A DNA stretch of 64,000 bases from an uncultured Lachnospiraceae bacterium (GTDB lineage Bacteria; Bacillota; Clostridia; Lachnospirales; Lachnospiraceae): assembly GCA_944383545.1 (NCBI GenBank), contig CALWPY010000003.1, positions 175,698 through 239,697 on the forward strand, read 5' to 3'. How positions within the stretch are numbered: the first letter of the stretch is position 1; each line of letters opens with the position of its first letter. Under the pieces are notes generated by a model that was not told the origin of the DNA, searched no databases, and saw only the letters and a list, made by a program, of their open reading frames with translations. The position numbers and the translations under genes were made by a program. Of the stretch, positions 1 to 9,201 are shown piece after piece.

Positions 1-837
1 ACATTTGGAAAATCCGTAATCAAGAAGTTTTCCTGCCTCATTATTTCTGGTATCCTTGGTGTCCGCCTTCATAATGACCGCAATAAGCTGAATTCCATTT
101 CTTTCTGCTGTTGCAGACATACAATATCCGGCTTCTGAAGTATACCCCGTTTTAAGTCCGTTAGCTCCCGTATACTGGTTTAGGAACTTATTTGTATTTG
201 CAAGGTCAAACTGAGATTCTCCTCTTGCAGTCCTATGTACTATAGAATCCATCCAGATTGTTGAAAAATCAAATATATCAGGATGGTTTACGATAAGTTC
301 TCTTGACATAATGGATATATCCCTTGCCGTTGTCAGATGTCCGTCAGCATCCAGACCGCAGGCATTTTCAAAATGAGTATTTACCATATCCAGCTCTGCA
401 GCCTTATCGTTCATCATTTTTACAAAAGCTTCTTCACTTCCCGCAATATGCTCTGCCATTGCAACCGCTGCATCATTTCCTGAAGCAACCTCAATACATT
501 TAATCATGTCTCTTACCGTCTGCTGTTCACCCTGCTCGAAAAAGCACTGAGAGCCTCCCATTGAAGCCGCATGAGCTGAAACGGTAACTGTATCATCATA
601 AGAAATTGTACCCTCCGATAACGCTTCAAATATAAGTAAAAGTGTCATAACTTTTGTAACCGATGCAGGCTTCAGTTTTTCATCGGCATTTTTTTCATAA
701 AGTACCGTACCTGTCGATGCTTCAATCAAAATTGCAGATTGAGATAAGATTGCCAAGTCATCTTCAGCTTTTACTGAAAATGAGTTTGACATAATAATAC
801 TAAAGATAAGTATTATTGCCAAGAATTTTTTTAGCAT
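1..837 (-). CDS. D-alanyl-D-alanine carboxypeptidase (serine-type, PBP5/Dac-like); C-terminal part lies outside the window
   Basis: Absent from the ORF track because it runs off the window edge. My minus-strand translation from the ATG at 837 reads MLKKFLAIILIFSIIMSNSFSVKAEDDLAILSQSAILIEASTGTVLYEKNADEKLKPASVTKVMTLLLIFEALSEGTIS. This gives a signal peptide followed by an SxxK (SVTK) active-site motif. An AGGAG SD lies 7 nt upstream. Confidence 0.8.
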   Translation of the reverse strand, partial: MLKKFLAIILIFSIIMSNSFSVKAEDDLAILSQSAILIEASTGTVLYEKNADEKLKPASVTKVMTLLLIFEALSEGTISYDDTVTVSAHAASMGGSQCFFEQGEQQTVRDMIKCIEVASGNDAAVAMAEHIAGSEEAFVKMMNDKAAELDMVNTHFENACGLDADGHLTTARDISIMSRELIVNHPDIFDFSTIWMDSIVHRTARGESQFDLANTNKFLNQYTGANGLKTGYTSEAGYCMSATAERNGIQLIAVIMKADTKDTRNNEAGKLLDYGFSKC

Positions 838-937
838 AATTATACTCCTGCCCTTATTTACATTTCTTATAAAATATTCTATGTTAAAGATTTAAGAAAT
901 ATAATTAATTATTAAACTAAAAAAATAAAATAATATC

Positions 938-966
938 TTGACACATTTTCTGTAATTTGATATATT
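938..966 (+). promoter_or_regulatory. Near-consensus sigma-A promoter (TTGACA, 17 nt spacer, TGnTATATT) with no downstream gene
   Basis: TTGACA at 938-943, a 17-nt spacer, an extended TG at 958-959 and TATATT at 961-966. The next plus-strand feature is a terminator hairpin at 1031-1066. Confidence 0.55.
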
Positions 967-972
967 ATAGTT

Positions 973-1066
973 GTAAGAAATAAGAAACAAACAATTTGTT
1001 GTTTCAATCTCCTTAGTACGTATTTATGGAAAAGACGTTATTGTATTTTATATGATAACGTCTTTT
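973..1066 (+). ncRNA. Candidate small RNA of about 95 nt, delimited by an orphan promoter and an intrinsic terminator
   Basis: Hairpin at 984-1005 (GAAACAAACAATTTGTTGTTTC). An unpaired CUCCUU lies at 1009-1014. The terminator stem pairs 1031-1041 (AAAGACGTTAT) with 1054-1064 (ATAACGTCTTT) and is followed by TT. The only ORF inside has 9 codons and no SD. Confidence 0.35.
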
Positions 1067-1115
1067 TCTCTTATATGTAAATAGATTTATGTTTCCGATA
1101 TTATTATAACAAAAA

Positions 1116-1137
1116 ATACCGCCGTAAAAGGCGGTAT
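1116..1137 (-). terminator. Intrinsic terminator downstream of the ispH-S1 gene (bidirectional shape)
   Basis: ATACCGCC / GGCGGTAT 8-bp stem with loop GTAAAA. It has an A-run on one side and a T-run on the other. Confidence 0.8.
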
Positions 1138-1157
1138 TTTTATGTTATTATCAGGAA

Positions 1158-3128
1158 TTACTCCTCTGTTGCATCCTCCGCAACATTTTCAGAAGTATCT
1201 TCAGAATCATTTTCCTCTTCTGCAGCCTGTTCTTTAAGGAGTGCCTTGACACTAAGGCTTATCTTCTTATCAGCAAGCTTAAAATCAACAACCTTTGCAG
1301 TTACTTCCTGACCGATTTTAAAGATATCCTGAGGCTTTTCAACATGCTCGTTTGAAATCTGTGAAACATGAAGTAATGCATCCACACCCGGCTCAAGCTC
1401 AATAAATGCACCAAAATCAGTCATTCTTGCTACTTTTCCGGTAACAACAGTTCCTACTGCATATTTTTCTTCAGCAGTAAGCCAAGGATTTTCCTCATCA
1501 AACTTAAGGCTTAATGCAATCTTTTCACCATTTATATCCTTAATAAATGCCTTAACCGTATCTCCTACCTTGAAAAGCTTCTTAGGATTATCAACTCTTC
1601 CCCATGACATTTCGGAAATATGAAGAAGTCCGTCTGCTCCGCCAAGGTCAATAAAAGCACCGAAATCAGTTACATTTTTAACCTTACCTTCAACAGTCAT
1701 TCCAACTTCTATCCTGTCGAATAATTCCTTTGCCGCAGCAGCCTTTCTTTCTACGATAATCTGCTTTCTGTTGCCTATTATTCTTCTCTTTCTAGGGTTA
1801 AACTCTGTAATTACAAATTCAATCTCCTGGTCAAGATACTTTTCAAGATTTCTTTCAAATGTGTCTGAAACAAGGCTCGCAGGAATAAATACCCTGCACT
1901 CACCTACAACTACACTAAGTCCTCCGTCAAGTGCCTGAACAACCTTTCCCTTAAGCACAGTGCCGTTATTAAACGCTTCCTCAAGCTCAGCATATGCTTT
2001 TTCTGCAGCAACTCTCTTATAAGAAAGAAGTACCTGTCCTTCACCATCATTGGTCTTAATAACCTTAACAGTGATAGGGTCGCCAACATTTACTACGGTT
2101 GTCAAATCCAGATTTGGTGTATTTGAATATTCATTTCTTGTGATAATTCCGTCTGATTTATACTGAATATCAACTATGATTTCATCAGGCTTAACTCCGA
2201 TTACCTTTCCTTCTACGACCTGTCCTGCTTTAATTGTGACTAAGTCTTCATCATTTAACATTTGTTCAAAACTTAACTCTGACATGCTGTTATGAACCTC
2301 CTTAATAATATAATTTGGGGTAGATGCCCCAGCAGTAATACCTACCCTACTAACGGATTCAAAAGCTGTCAAATCCAAATCAACGAGTGTCTGTATATAG
2401 TAAGTATTTGCGCATTCTTTTTTACTTATCTCGTATAGCTTCTGAGTGTTTGAGCTGTTTCTGCCACCTATAACAATCATTGCATCAGCCTTTTCTGCAA
2501 TATCTCTTGCCTCGTTCTGGCGCTCCTCAGTTGCATTACAGATAGTCTTATAAACAAAGACATTATAATATCTTTTTTTCAATAATTCAACCATATCTTT
2601 AAATTTCTTTAAATTAAAAGTTGTTTGTGCGACAATGGTTATTAATTTTTCGTCAAAATCAGGCAAAAAATTAATTTCTTCAGGTGAATTAATTACATAT
2701 GGCTCATTATTGCACCATCCGCATATGCCTTTTACCTCAGGATGATTTTTGTCTCCTATTATTATGACAATGTTTCCGTTTTTGCTGTCTTTATCAACTA
2801 TTTTGTGAATATTCTTAACAAAAGGACATGTGGCATCTATAATTTCGTGGCCAAAGCCTTCTGCTGTTTCAACAACATCTCTGCCAACCCCATGAGAACG
2901 TATTATGATTTTTGACGGCTCAAGAGATGAAAGTTCTTCAATGGAATTAATAATATCTACGCCTTTTTCGGACAAGTCTCCGGTAACCTCTTCATTATGA
3001 ATTATCGGGCCGAAGGTATAAACCTTTTTACCTGATATATTTCCTTTTTCAGCCTCTTCATATGCAATTCTTACTGCCATATTTACACCGGGACAAAACC
3101 CTGCTTTTTTTGCAAGTATAACTTCCAT
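1158..3128 (-). CDS. ispH: Bifunctional 4-hydroxy-3-methylbut-2-enyl diphosphate reductase (IspH/LytB) fused to ribosomal protein S1-like repeats
   Basis: The N-terminal ~285 aa carry the three IspH Cys ligands (GFCPGV, ATCPFV, TICNAT). The C-terminal ~370 aa hold four S1 OB-fold repeats (e.g. GKVKNVTDFGAFIDL, GKVARMTDFGAFIEL). This fusion is common in Clostridia. Confidence 0.9.
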   Translation of the reverse strand: MEVILAKKAGFCPGVNMAVRIAYEEAEKGNISGKKVYTFGPIIHNEEVTGDLSEKGVDIINSIEELSSLEPSKIIIRSHGVGRDVVETAEGFGHEIIDATCPFVKNIHKIVDKDSKNGNIVIIIGDKNHPEVKGICGWCNNEPYVINSPEEINFLPDFDEKLITIVAQTTFNLKKFKDMVELLKKRYYNVFVYKTICNATEERQNEARDIAEKADAMIVIGGRNSSNTQKLYEISKKECANTYYIQTLVDLDLTAFESVSRVGITAGASTPNYIIKEVHNSMSELSFEQMLNDEDLVTIKAGQVVEGKVIGVKPDEIIVDIQYKSDGIITRNEYSNTPNLDLTTVVNVGDPITVKVIKTNDGEGQVLLSYKRVAAEKAYAELEEAFNNGTVLKGKVVQALDGGLSVVVGECRVFIPASLVSDTFERNLEKYLDQEIEFVITEFNPRKRRIIGNRKQIIVERKAAAAKELFDRIEVGMTVEGKVKNVTDFGAFIDLGGADGLLHISEMSWGRVDNPKKLFKVGDTVKAFIKDINGEKIALSLKFDEENPWLTAEEKYAVGTVVTGKVARMTDFGAFIELEPGVDALLHVSQISNEHVEKPQDIFKIGQEVTAKVVDFKLADKKISLSVKALLKEQAAEEENDSEDTSENVAEDATEE

Positions 3129-3138
3129 ATTATCTCCA

Positions 3139-3807
3139 TTATATTTTATTCATTATTTTTTTTGCAGAATTTACAATGAATTCTGAAACATCCTCAATTT
3201 TCATATCTGACGTGTCCAGATATATGGCATCTTCCGCCTGCTTAAGAGGTGCTATTTCCCTTGTCATATCCTGCCTGTCCCTGACTATAATATCCTCTTC
3301 TATCCTTTTTATATCGGGATTTTCTCCCTTTTCTTTAAGCTGGTTGTATCTTCTTTCTGCCCTGACCGAAACTGATGCAGTAAGATAAATTTTAAGCTCT
3401 GCACTTTTAAGTACATTGGTGCCAATATCTCTGCCGTCCATAATTACATTATTTTCAGCAGCAATTTCTCTCTGCAGGGAAAGAAGCCTGTCCCTTACTG
3501 GCTTCTTTGCCGAAGACTTGGAAGCCATATTTCCCACCTCTTCAGTACGAATGAGCTTTGAAACATTTTCCTTATTAAGATATACCATCTGAATTTTATC
3601 CTCATAACGGATATCAATTTCTATATCATTTAATGCCTTTTTAAGCATGTCTTCATTTTCAATATCAACATTATTTCTAATAATATAAAGAGCAATGGCA
3701 CGATAAAGAGCTCCCGTATCAACATAAATAAAATTTAATTTTTCAGCGGCAAGCTTTGCTATGGTGCTTTTACCTGCTCCGGCAGGTCCGTCAACAGCTA
3801 TATTCAT
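3139..3807 (-). CDS. cmk: Cytidylate kinase
   Basis: P-loop GPAGAGKST. The 222-aa length and the conserved cmk-S1 adjacency agree. Confidence 0.9.
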   Translation of the reverse strand: MNIAVDGPAGAGKSTIAKLAAEKLNFIYVDTGALYRAIALYIIRNNVDIENEDMLKKALNDIEIDIRYEDKIQMVYLNKENVSKLIRTEEVGNMASKSSAKKPVRDRLLSLQREIAAENNVIMDGRDIGTNVLKSAELKIYLTASVSVRAERRYNQLKEKGENPDIKRIEEDIIVRDRQDMTREIAPLKQAEDAIYLDTSDMKIEDVSEFIVNSAKKIMNKI

Positions 3808-3834
3808 AATACTTTCCTTTTCATTATAATTTTA

Positions 3835-5103
3835 CTAATTTGCCGCATAAGTTCCTGCGGCATATCCTGTACTCCATGCAATCTGGAGATTAAAACCACC
3901 TGTAAGGGCGTCTACATCAATTACCTCACCCGCAAAAAATAAACCGGTTATAAGTTTTGATTCCATTGTTTTTGGATTTATATCTTTTACCGATACTCCT
4001 CCCTTAGTAATTATTGCCTCGTCGAATCCCCTTAAACCTGTTACGGTAAGAGAGAAATTTTTAATTAATTTAACCAGTCTGTGCCGTTCTTCCCGGGTTA
4101 TTTCATTTACTCTTTTTTCAGGCATTATACCTGAACATCTCACTATTTCGGGTATTAATTTTTTTGGAAAAAGCTTATCCAGAGAGTTTTGAAACTGTTT
4201 ATTGGAAAACTGCTCAAAATCTCTTAAAACTCTTTCATCCAGCATATTATAATCCAAAGCAGGCTTAAGGTCTATGAAAAGTTTAAGACTACCGTTAAGA
4301 TATTTATGGATATATGATGATGCACTTAATATCAAAGGTCCGCTTACTCCAAAATGTGTAAACAGCATCTCACCGAATTCTTCATATATTATTTTATCTT
4401 TTTTTAAGCCCGTATCGGGATTTTTCTCAGCAACAAGTTTTATTTTTACGTTTTTAAGAGAAAGCCCCATAAGTCTCCTGCAACATTCCTCCTTTATAAC
4501 CATAGGAACAAGTGCAGGCTCAGGTACGGTTACTCTATGCCCGGTATTTTTTGCCCATTTAAAGCCGTCTCCCGTTGAGCCTGTAAGAGGATATGAAAGT
4601 CCTCCCGACGCAATTATCACGGCATCATAATCATAAGATTTACCATTTAAGGTAAGACCCGATACTTTATTATCTTTTATCTCAATGCTTTTAACCTCGG
4701 AATCAAGTTTTACCTCAATTCCAAGTCTTTTTATTTTTGTATGGAGCACACTTATCACATCTGATGAATGGTCAGAAGCAGGAAAAACCCGGTTTCCCCG
4801 TTCGGTTTTAATTTTAAGCCCCAATGATTCAAAAAAAGCTTCAGTACTCATACTGTCAAAAGCATCAAATGCACTATACAAAAATCTTGGATTACTGACA
4901 GTATTTCTAAGCAGTGTATCTTTATCACAGTGATTTGTGAGATTACATCTGCCCTTTCCGGTTATAAAAAGCTTTTTCCCAAGTCTGTCATTTTTTTCAT
5001 ATATGGTTATTTTTATTTTATCTTTTTCAGGAGCAGCAGAACAAGCAGCGATTGCCGCCATCATCCCGGCAGCCCCTCCTCCGATAACAGCTATTTTTTT
5101 CAT
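3835..5103 (-). CDS. NAD(P)/FAD-dependent oxidoreductase, HI0933/BaiN-like flavoprotein
   Basis: N-terminal GGGAAG dinucleotide fold, then TGKGRCNLTN, and a C-terminal FAGEVIDVDALTGGFNLQIAW signature. Confidence 0.8.
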   Translation of the reverse strand: MKKIAVIGGGAAGMMAAIAACSAAPEKDKIKITIYEKNDRLGKKLFITGKGRCNLTNHCDKDTLLRNTVSNPRFLYSAFDAFDSMSTEAFFESLGLKIKTERGNRVFPASDHSSDVISVLHTKIKRLGIEVKLDSEVKSIEIKDNKVSGLTLNGKSYDYDAVIIASGGLSYPLTGSTGDGFKWAKNTGHRVTVPEPALVPMVIKEECCRRLMGLSLKNVKIKLVAEKNPDTGLKKDKIIYEEFGEMLFTHFGVSGPLILSASSYIHKYLNGSLKLFIDLKPALDYNMLDERVLRDFEQFSNKQFQNSLDKLFPKKLIPEIVRCSGIMPEKRVNEITREERHRLVKLIKNFSLTVTGLRGFDEAIITKGGVSVKDINPKTMESKLITGLFFAGEVIDVDALTGGFNLQIAWSTGYAAGTYAAN

Positions 5104-5118
5104 ATCTTATAACCTTTA

Positions 5119-5151
5119 AAGGAACGGACAAGACACTCTCATCCGTTCCTT
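5119..5151 (-). terminator. Hairpin downstream of the decarboxylase operon
   Basis: 10-bp stem AAGGAACGGA / TCCGTTCCTT. The U tract is weak. Confidence 0.5.
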
Positions 5152-5179
5152 GATTAGCAAACTAATTTAATAAATTTAA

Positions 5180-6592
5180 TTATACAGGATAAGCCTTTGC
5201 TTCAGAGTCAGCAGCCTGTACGTCTACCTTCTTCTGCTGAGCATCTCTGTACTTAAAGAAATCAATAGCAACCTGTGGGAACAGTGCATAAGTAAGGACA
5301 TCCTCATCCTGCTGCTTATACTGTGCAATCTCCTTCTCAAGTTTTTCAAGTTCAGGCTCCAATAAATCTGCATATCTGCATGTTATAGGCTCCTTATCTC
5401 CTATAACCTTCTTCTGAACTTCTTTATTAAACGGCTTTATAGGCTGTCCGTATTCGCCTGCAAGGACTGCCTTGGTTTCTTTTGTGGTTGTCTTATATCT
5501 TTCACCTGAAATGACATTTAATACAGCCTGTGTACCAACTATCTGTGATGAAGGTGTTACAAGAGGACATTCACCGAAGTCCTTACGTACTTCAGGTATT
5601 TCCTTAAGCACATCATAGTACTTATCTTCTGCATGCATATCCTTAAGCTGGGATACCATGTTTGAAAGCATACCGCCAGGCACCTGATAAATAAGTGTCT
5701 TTATATCAACACCCATTACCTTTGGACTTAAGAGTCCGCTGTCAAGCCACTCATCACGGAGAGGTCTGAAGTAATCAGCTATCTCGGCAAGCACGTTCTG
5801 GTCAAGACCTGTATCATAAGGAGTTCCCTTAAATGTTTCAACCATAACTTCAGTTGCAGGCTGTGAAGTACCCATTGAAAGAGGGCTTATAGCGGTATCA
5901 ATGATATCGCATCCTGCCTCAACTGCCTTAAGATAAGTCATGGAAGCAACACCTGAAGTATAATGAGTATGCAGGTCGATTGGAAGATTTGTTCCTTCCT
6001 TTAAAGCCTGAAGAAGCTCTGTTGCCTTATATGGTACGAGAAGTCCTGCCATATCTTTGATACATATGGAATCAGCTCCCATATCCTCAATTTTCTTTGC
6101 AGTTTCCTTCCAATAATCAAGTGTATAAGCGTCACCAAGTGTATATGACAAAGCTATCTGTGCATGTGCCTTTTCCTTGTTTGCCGCTTTAACTGCAGTA
6201 CTCAAGTTCCTCAAGTCGTTCATGCAGTCAAAAATACGGATTATATCAATTCCGTTTGCTACGGATTTCTGAACAAAATATTCTACAACATCATCAGCAT
6301 AAGGACGATATCCCAAAATATTCTGTCCTCTGAAGAGCATCTGAAGCTTTGTATTCTTAAATCCGTCTCTCAGTTTTCTTAATCTGTCCCAAGGGTCTTC
6401 CTTGAGGAATCTGAGTGATGCATCAAATGTTGCACCGCCCCAGCACTCTACTGCATAGTAGCCTGCCTTATCCATTGTCTCTATTATAGGAAGCATCTGT
6501 TCCGTGGTCATACGTGTGGCAATGAGAGACTGATGAGCATCACGGAGTGCTGTTTCAACTATTTTTACAGGTTTCTTTTCTGTTTCTGCCAT
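5180..6592 (-). CDS. Oxaloacetate decarboxylase alpha / 5S-type pyruvate carboxyltransferase subunit, without its own biotin domain
   Basis: HMGL-like TIM barrel start (IVETALRDAHQSL), a carbamylated-Lys context (CIKDMAGLL) and HTHYTSG. At 470 aa it ends without an AMKM biotinyl domain. Confidence 0.85.
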   Translation of the reverse strand: MAETEKKPVKIVETALRDAHQSLIATRMTTEQMLPIIETMDKAGYYAVECWGGATFDASLRFLKEDPWDRLRKLRDGFKNTKLQMLFRGQNILGYRPYADDVVEYFVQKSVANGIDIIRIFDCMNDLRNLSTAVKAANKEKAHAQIALSYTLGDAYTLDYWKETAKKIEDMGADSICIKDMAGLLVPYKATELLQALKEGTNLPIDLHTHYTSGVASMTYLKAVEAGCDIIDTAISPLSMGTSQPATEVMVETFKGTPYDTGLDQNVLAEIADYFRPLRDEWLDSGLLSPKVMGVDIKTLIYQVPGGMLSNMVSQLKDMHAEDKYYDVLKEIPEVRKDFGECPLVTPSSQIVGTQAVLNVISGERYKTTTKETKAVLAGEYGQPIKPFNKEVQKKVIGDKEPITCRYADLLEPELEKLEKEIAQYKQQDEDVLTYALFPQVAIDFFKYRDAQQKKVDVQAADSEAKAYPV

Positions 6593-6609
6593 TACTTATT
6601 ACCTCCTGA

Positions 6610-7731
6610 CTAACTAATATTAAATATTGCAAGGAACGTACCTGCCGCAACTGCAGTACCTACTACACCGGCAACATTAGGTCCCATTGCATTCATAAGA
6701 AGGAAGTTTGTAGGATCATATTCCGCTCCGACCTTCTGTGATACTCTGGCTGCCATAGGAACAGCTGATACTCCTGCTGAGCCTATAAGCGGATTAACCT
6801 TGCCTTTTGTTGCAAGACACATAAGCTTACCGAAAAGTACCCCGGCCGCCGTTGCAAAAATGAAAGCTACAAATCCGAGTAGTACTATTTTTAATGTACT
6901 CATCTTGAGGAATGTTTCAGCAGTTGTGGTTGCACCCACTGAAGTACCAAGAAGAATAACAACTATATACATAAGAGCATTTGATGCAGTTTCCGTAAGC
7001 TGCTTAACTACACCTGATTCTCTGAAAAGGTTACCGAGCATAAGCATACCGATAAGAGGTGCCGTTGTAGGAAGTACAAGCACTACTACAAGGGTAACAA
7101 CAACAGGGAAAAGTATTTTTTCAAGCTTTGTTACCTGTCTTAACTGAGGCATCTTAATTCTTCTTTCCTTATCGGTTGTGAGAAGCTTCATAATCGGTGG
7201 CTGTATAACAGGCACAAGCGCCATGTATGAATAAGCCGCTACGGCAATAGGTCCCATCAAAGTTCCTCCCATACCAAGTTTTCCTGCCAGGAAAATCGAT
7301 GTAGGTCCGTCAGCTCCTCCGATAATTGATATTGCCGCTGCTTCTTTTCCGGTAAATCCCATAGCAATAGCCAGAAAATATGCAACGTAAATACCAAACT
7401 GTGCCGCAGCACCCAAAAGAAAACTCTTAGGATTGGCAATAAGAGGTCCGAAGTCTGTCATTGCTCCTACTCCAAGGAAAATAAGTGAAGGGAGAATACT
7501 CCATTCATCAAGTAAATAAAAATAATGCAGTAATCCGCCTTCCTGTATTATGCTTGGGAACATATTAGAAAGAAACATTCCAAAAGCAATAGGCACAAGA
7601 AGAAGCGGTTCAAAACCTTTGACTATTGCAAGATAAAGAAAAACAAATGAAACAAGTATCATAACATAGTTTTTCCAGTCCAGTGTTGCAAAAGCCGTCT
7701 GATTAGCTAAATTTGTAAGTATGTCTAGCAT
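6610..7731 (-). CDS. Na+-translocating decarboxylase beta subunit (OadB/MmdB/GcdB family)
   Basis: Polytopic 373-aa membrane protein with the family motif IIGGADGPT. It sits beside BCCP and carboxyltransferase genes. Confidence 0.85.
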   Translation of the reverse strand: MLDILTNLANQTAFATLDWKNYVMILVSFVFLYLAIVKGFEPLLLVPIAFGMFLSNMFPSIIQEGGLLHYFYLLDEWSILPSLIFLGVGAMTDFGPLIANPKSFLLGAAAQFGIYVAYFLAIAMGFTGKEAAAISIIGGADGPTSIFLAGKLGMGGTLMGPIAVAAYSYMALVPVIQPPIMKLLTTDKERRIKMPQLRQVTKLEKILFPVVVTLVVVLVLPTTAPLIGMLMLGNLFRESGVVKQLTETASNALMYIVVILLGTSVGATTTAETFLKMSTLKIVLLGFVAFIFATAAGVLFGKLMCLATKGKVNPLIGSAGVSAVPMAARVSQKVGAEYDPTNFLLMNAMGPNVAGVVGTAVAAGTFLAIFNIS

Positions 7732-7768
7732 TTTACTACCTCCTGTTTTTTATAAGAAGCAATAATTA

Positions 7769-8185
7769 CTAGTTTAAAGTAATCATTGTATCACCGGCTT
7801 CAACAGCGTCTCCGGCTGAAACATTAATGCTTGCAACCGTTCCATCTTCAGGTGCAACAATTTCATTTTCCATCTTCATGGCTTCAAGAATAAGCACTAC
7901 CTCACCCTTCTTAACCTGTGCACCAACGGATGCCTTAATGCTTATGACCTTACCAGGCATTGGCGCTGAAACAACGATTGAGCCTTCTGCCTGAGAAGCT
8001 GAAGCAGCCGGAGCAGGGGCTGCAACAGGTGCAGGTGCCGCTGCAGGTGCTACAGGGGCTGCAACAGGCGCAGGTGCCGCTGCTACAGGAACAGGAGTTG
8101 CCGCAACAGGTGCTGGTGTTCCTCCCATTTCTTCTACTGCTACATCATAAGCCGTACCGTTTACTGTAATTCTATAATTTTTCAT
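7769..8185 (-). CDS. Biotin carboxyl carrier protein (decarboxylase gamma / 1.3S-like subunit)
   Basis: C-terminal biotinyl domain with EAMKMENEI, preceded by an Ala/Pro-rich linker. Confidence 0.9.
   Translation of the reverse strand: MKNYRITVNGTAYDVAVEEMGGTPAPVAATPVPVAAAPAPVAAPVAPAAAPAPVAAPAPAASASQAEGSIVVSAPMPGKVISIKASVGAQVKKGEVVLILEAMKMENEIVAPEDGTVASINVSAGDAVEAGDTMITLN
8016..8093 (-). repeat. Tandem 39-nt duplication inside the BCCP Ala/Pro linker coding region
   Basis: GGGGCTGCAACAGG(T/C)GCAGGTGCCGCTGC starts at both 8016 and 8055. It encodes repeated APAPVAA-type linker units and makes a locally GC-rich patch. Confidence 0.8.
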
Positions 8186-8227
8186 ATAATAACCTCCTAA
8201 ATAAGCTAAAATTCAAATTTATAACTC

Positions 8228-9184
8228 TTAGCGTTTTCTTGCTTTTCTGATTGAACGTACAACAAGTTTATCTTTGCTTACTGCATTTACTCCGTTTTGT
8301 GATTCGGCAGCATATATCGCAGCAGTAATAACAGCGACAAGCTCTGCATCATTCATTAAATTCTGCGTTTGGGCAGGTGCACTTACAGCCTTTGCAGAAG
8401 CTCTTTCCGGTATATTTTCTATTCCATCAGGCTCTTCATTTCTTACTGTTTCACTGCCGTTAAATTTGTTTGCAATCTTTGGCACAAACTTCAGGCACCA
8501 TATAATAAGTGAAATCACTATAAGAAGAATAAATACCGTTCCCATGCCGATTGCAGTATTCTGAGCTGCCTGAACAAGCAATTCCTTCATGGTATAAACT
8601 GCACTTACTTCACACTCAGTAGCAGTATAAGGCTCAATTCCTAAGTTTGAAAGATATATCCGTACAAAATCTTCTGCACCTGCATATGAATATCCATATA
8701 CTGAATTAATATATGACAGATATTCATCCGAAGAAGAAAATCCATAAGACAAAGCTTCTTCCGTAACCGCATCCATCATTTGACTATACTGCATATCGTA
8801 TTCAAGATTTTCTTCATACTGCAATGTAACCTCAGTATCTCTTCCCGAATAATCACAATAAATTGTAACAAGAACAGTACCGTCTGACTGGTCTTCAAAT
8901 TTTACTTTTCCTGAGCTGGTGTCAAATCTTTCAAACTCACCAATTTCATCAGTTATTTCTGCCTGTCTGAAACCTTTAACTGCCGTCTGCTGCAGATTAT
9001 CTCCCTCTGCAACATAGTAATCATAAGCCTCATCAGAAACATCATTATATTCGCTTATAATGTTTTTGGACTGTTCGATTAGAGCGTCTTCATCATAATC
9101 AAACGCCTTTTCATTATCACCACTGCAGCCGGTCAGAGAAAACAAAACAGCTAAAACTGAAATAAGTAATATTTTTCTTTTCAT
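8228..9184 (-). CDS. OadG/MmdD-like decarboxylase small subunit fused to an N-terminal lipoprotein domain
   Basis: Lipobox LTGC in MKRKILLISVLAVLFSLTGCSG. A soluble region of ~180 aa follows, then an OadG-type TM segment (AIGMGTVFILLIVISLIIW). The C-terminus has an Ala-rich helix (AELVAVITAAIYAAES) like MmdD/OadG. Confidence 0.6.
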   Translation of the reverse strand: MKRKILLISVLAVLFSLTGCSGDNEKAFDYDEDALIEQSKNIISEYNDVSDEAYDYYVAEGDNLQQTAVKGFRQAEITDEIGEFERFDTSSGKVKFEDQSDGTVLVTIYCDYSGRDTEVTLQYEENLEYDMQYSQMMDAVTEEALSYGFSSSDEYLSYINSVYGYSYAGAEDFVRIYLSNLGIEPYTATECEVSAVYTMKELLVQAAQNTAIGMGTVFILLIVISLIIWCLKFVPKIANKFNGSETVRNEEPDGIENIPERASAKAVSAPAQTQNLMNDAELVAVITAAIYAAESQNGVNAVSKDKLVVRSIRKARKR

Positions 9185-9201
9185 TTAGTTGTCACTCTCC
9201 T

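Noticed and set aside
1026-1055. 9-codon ORF (MEKTLLYFI) inside the candidate sRNA.
   Set aside because: It has no SD and overlaps the terminator stem. It is too short to be assessed.
7960-8140. GC-rich repetitive stretch that could be mistaken for a repeat element or foreign DNA.
   Set aside because: It is the in-frame Ala/Pro linker of the biotin carrier protein, with repeated APAPVAA units. Such linkers are typical of BCCP and lipoyl carrier proteins.
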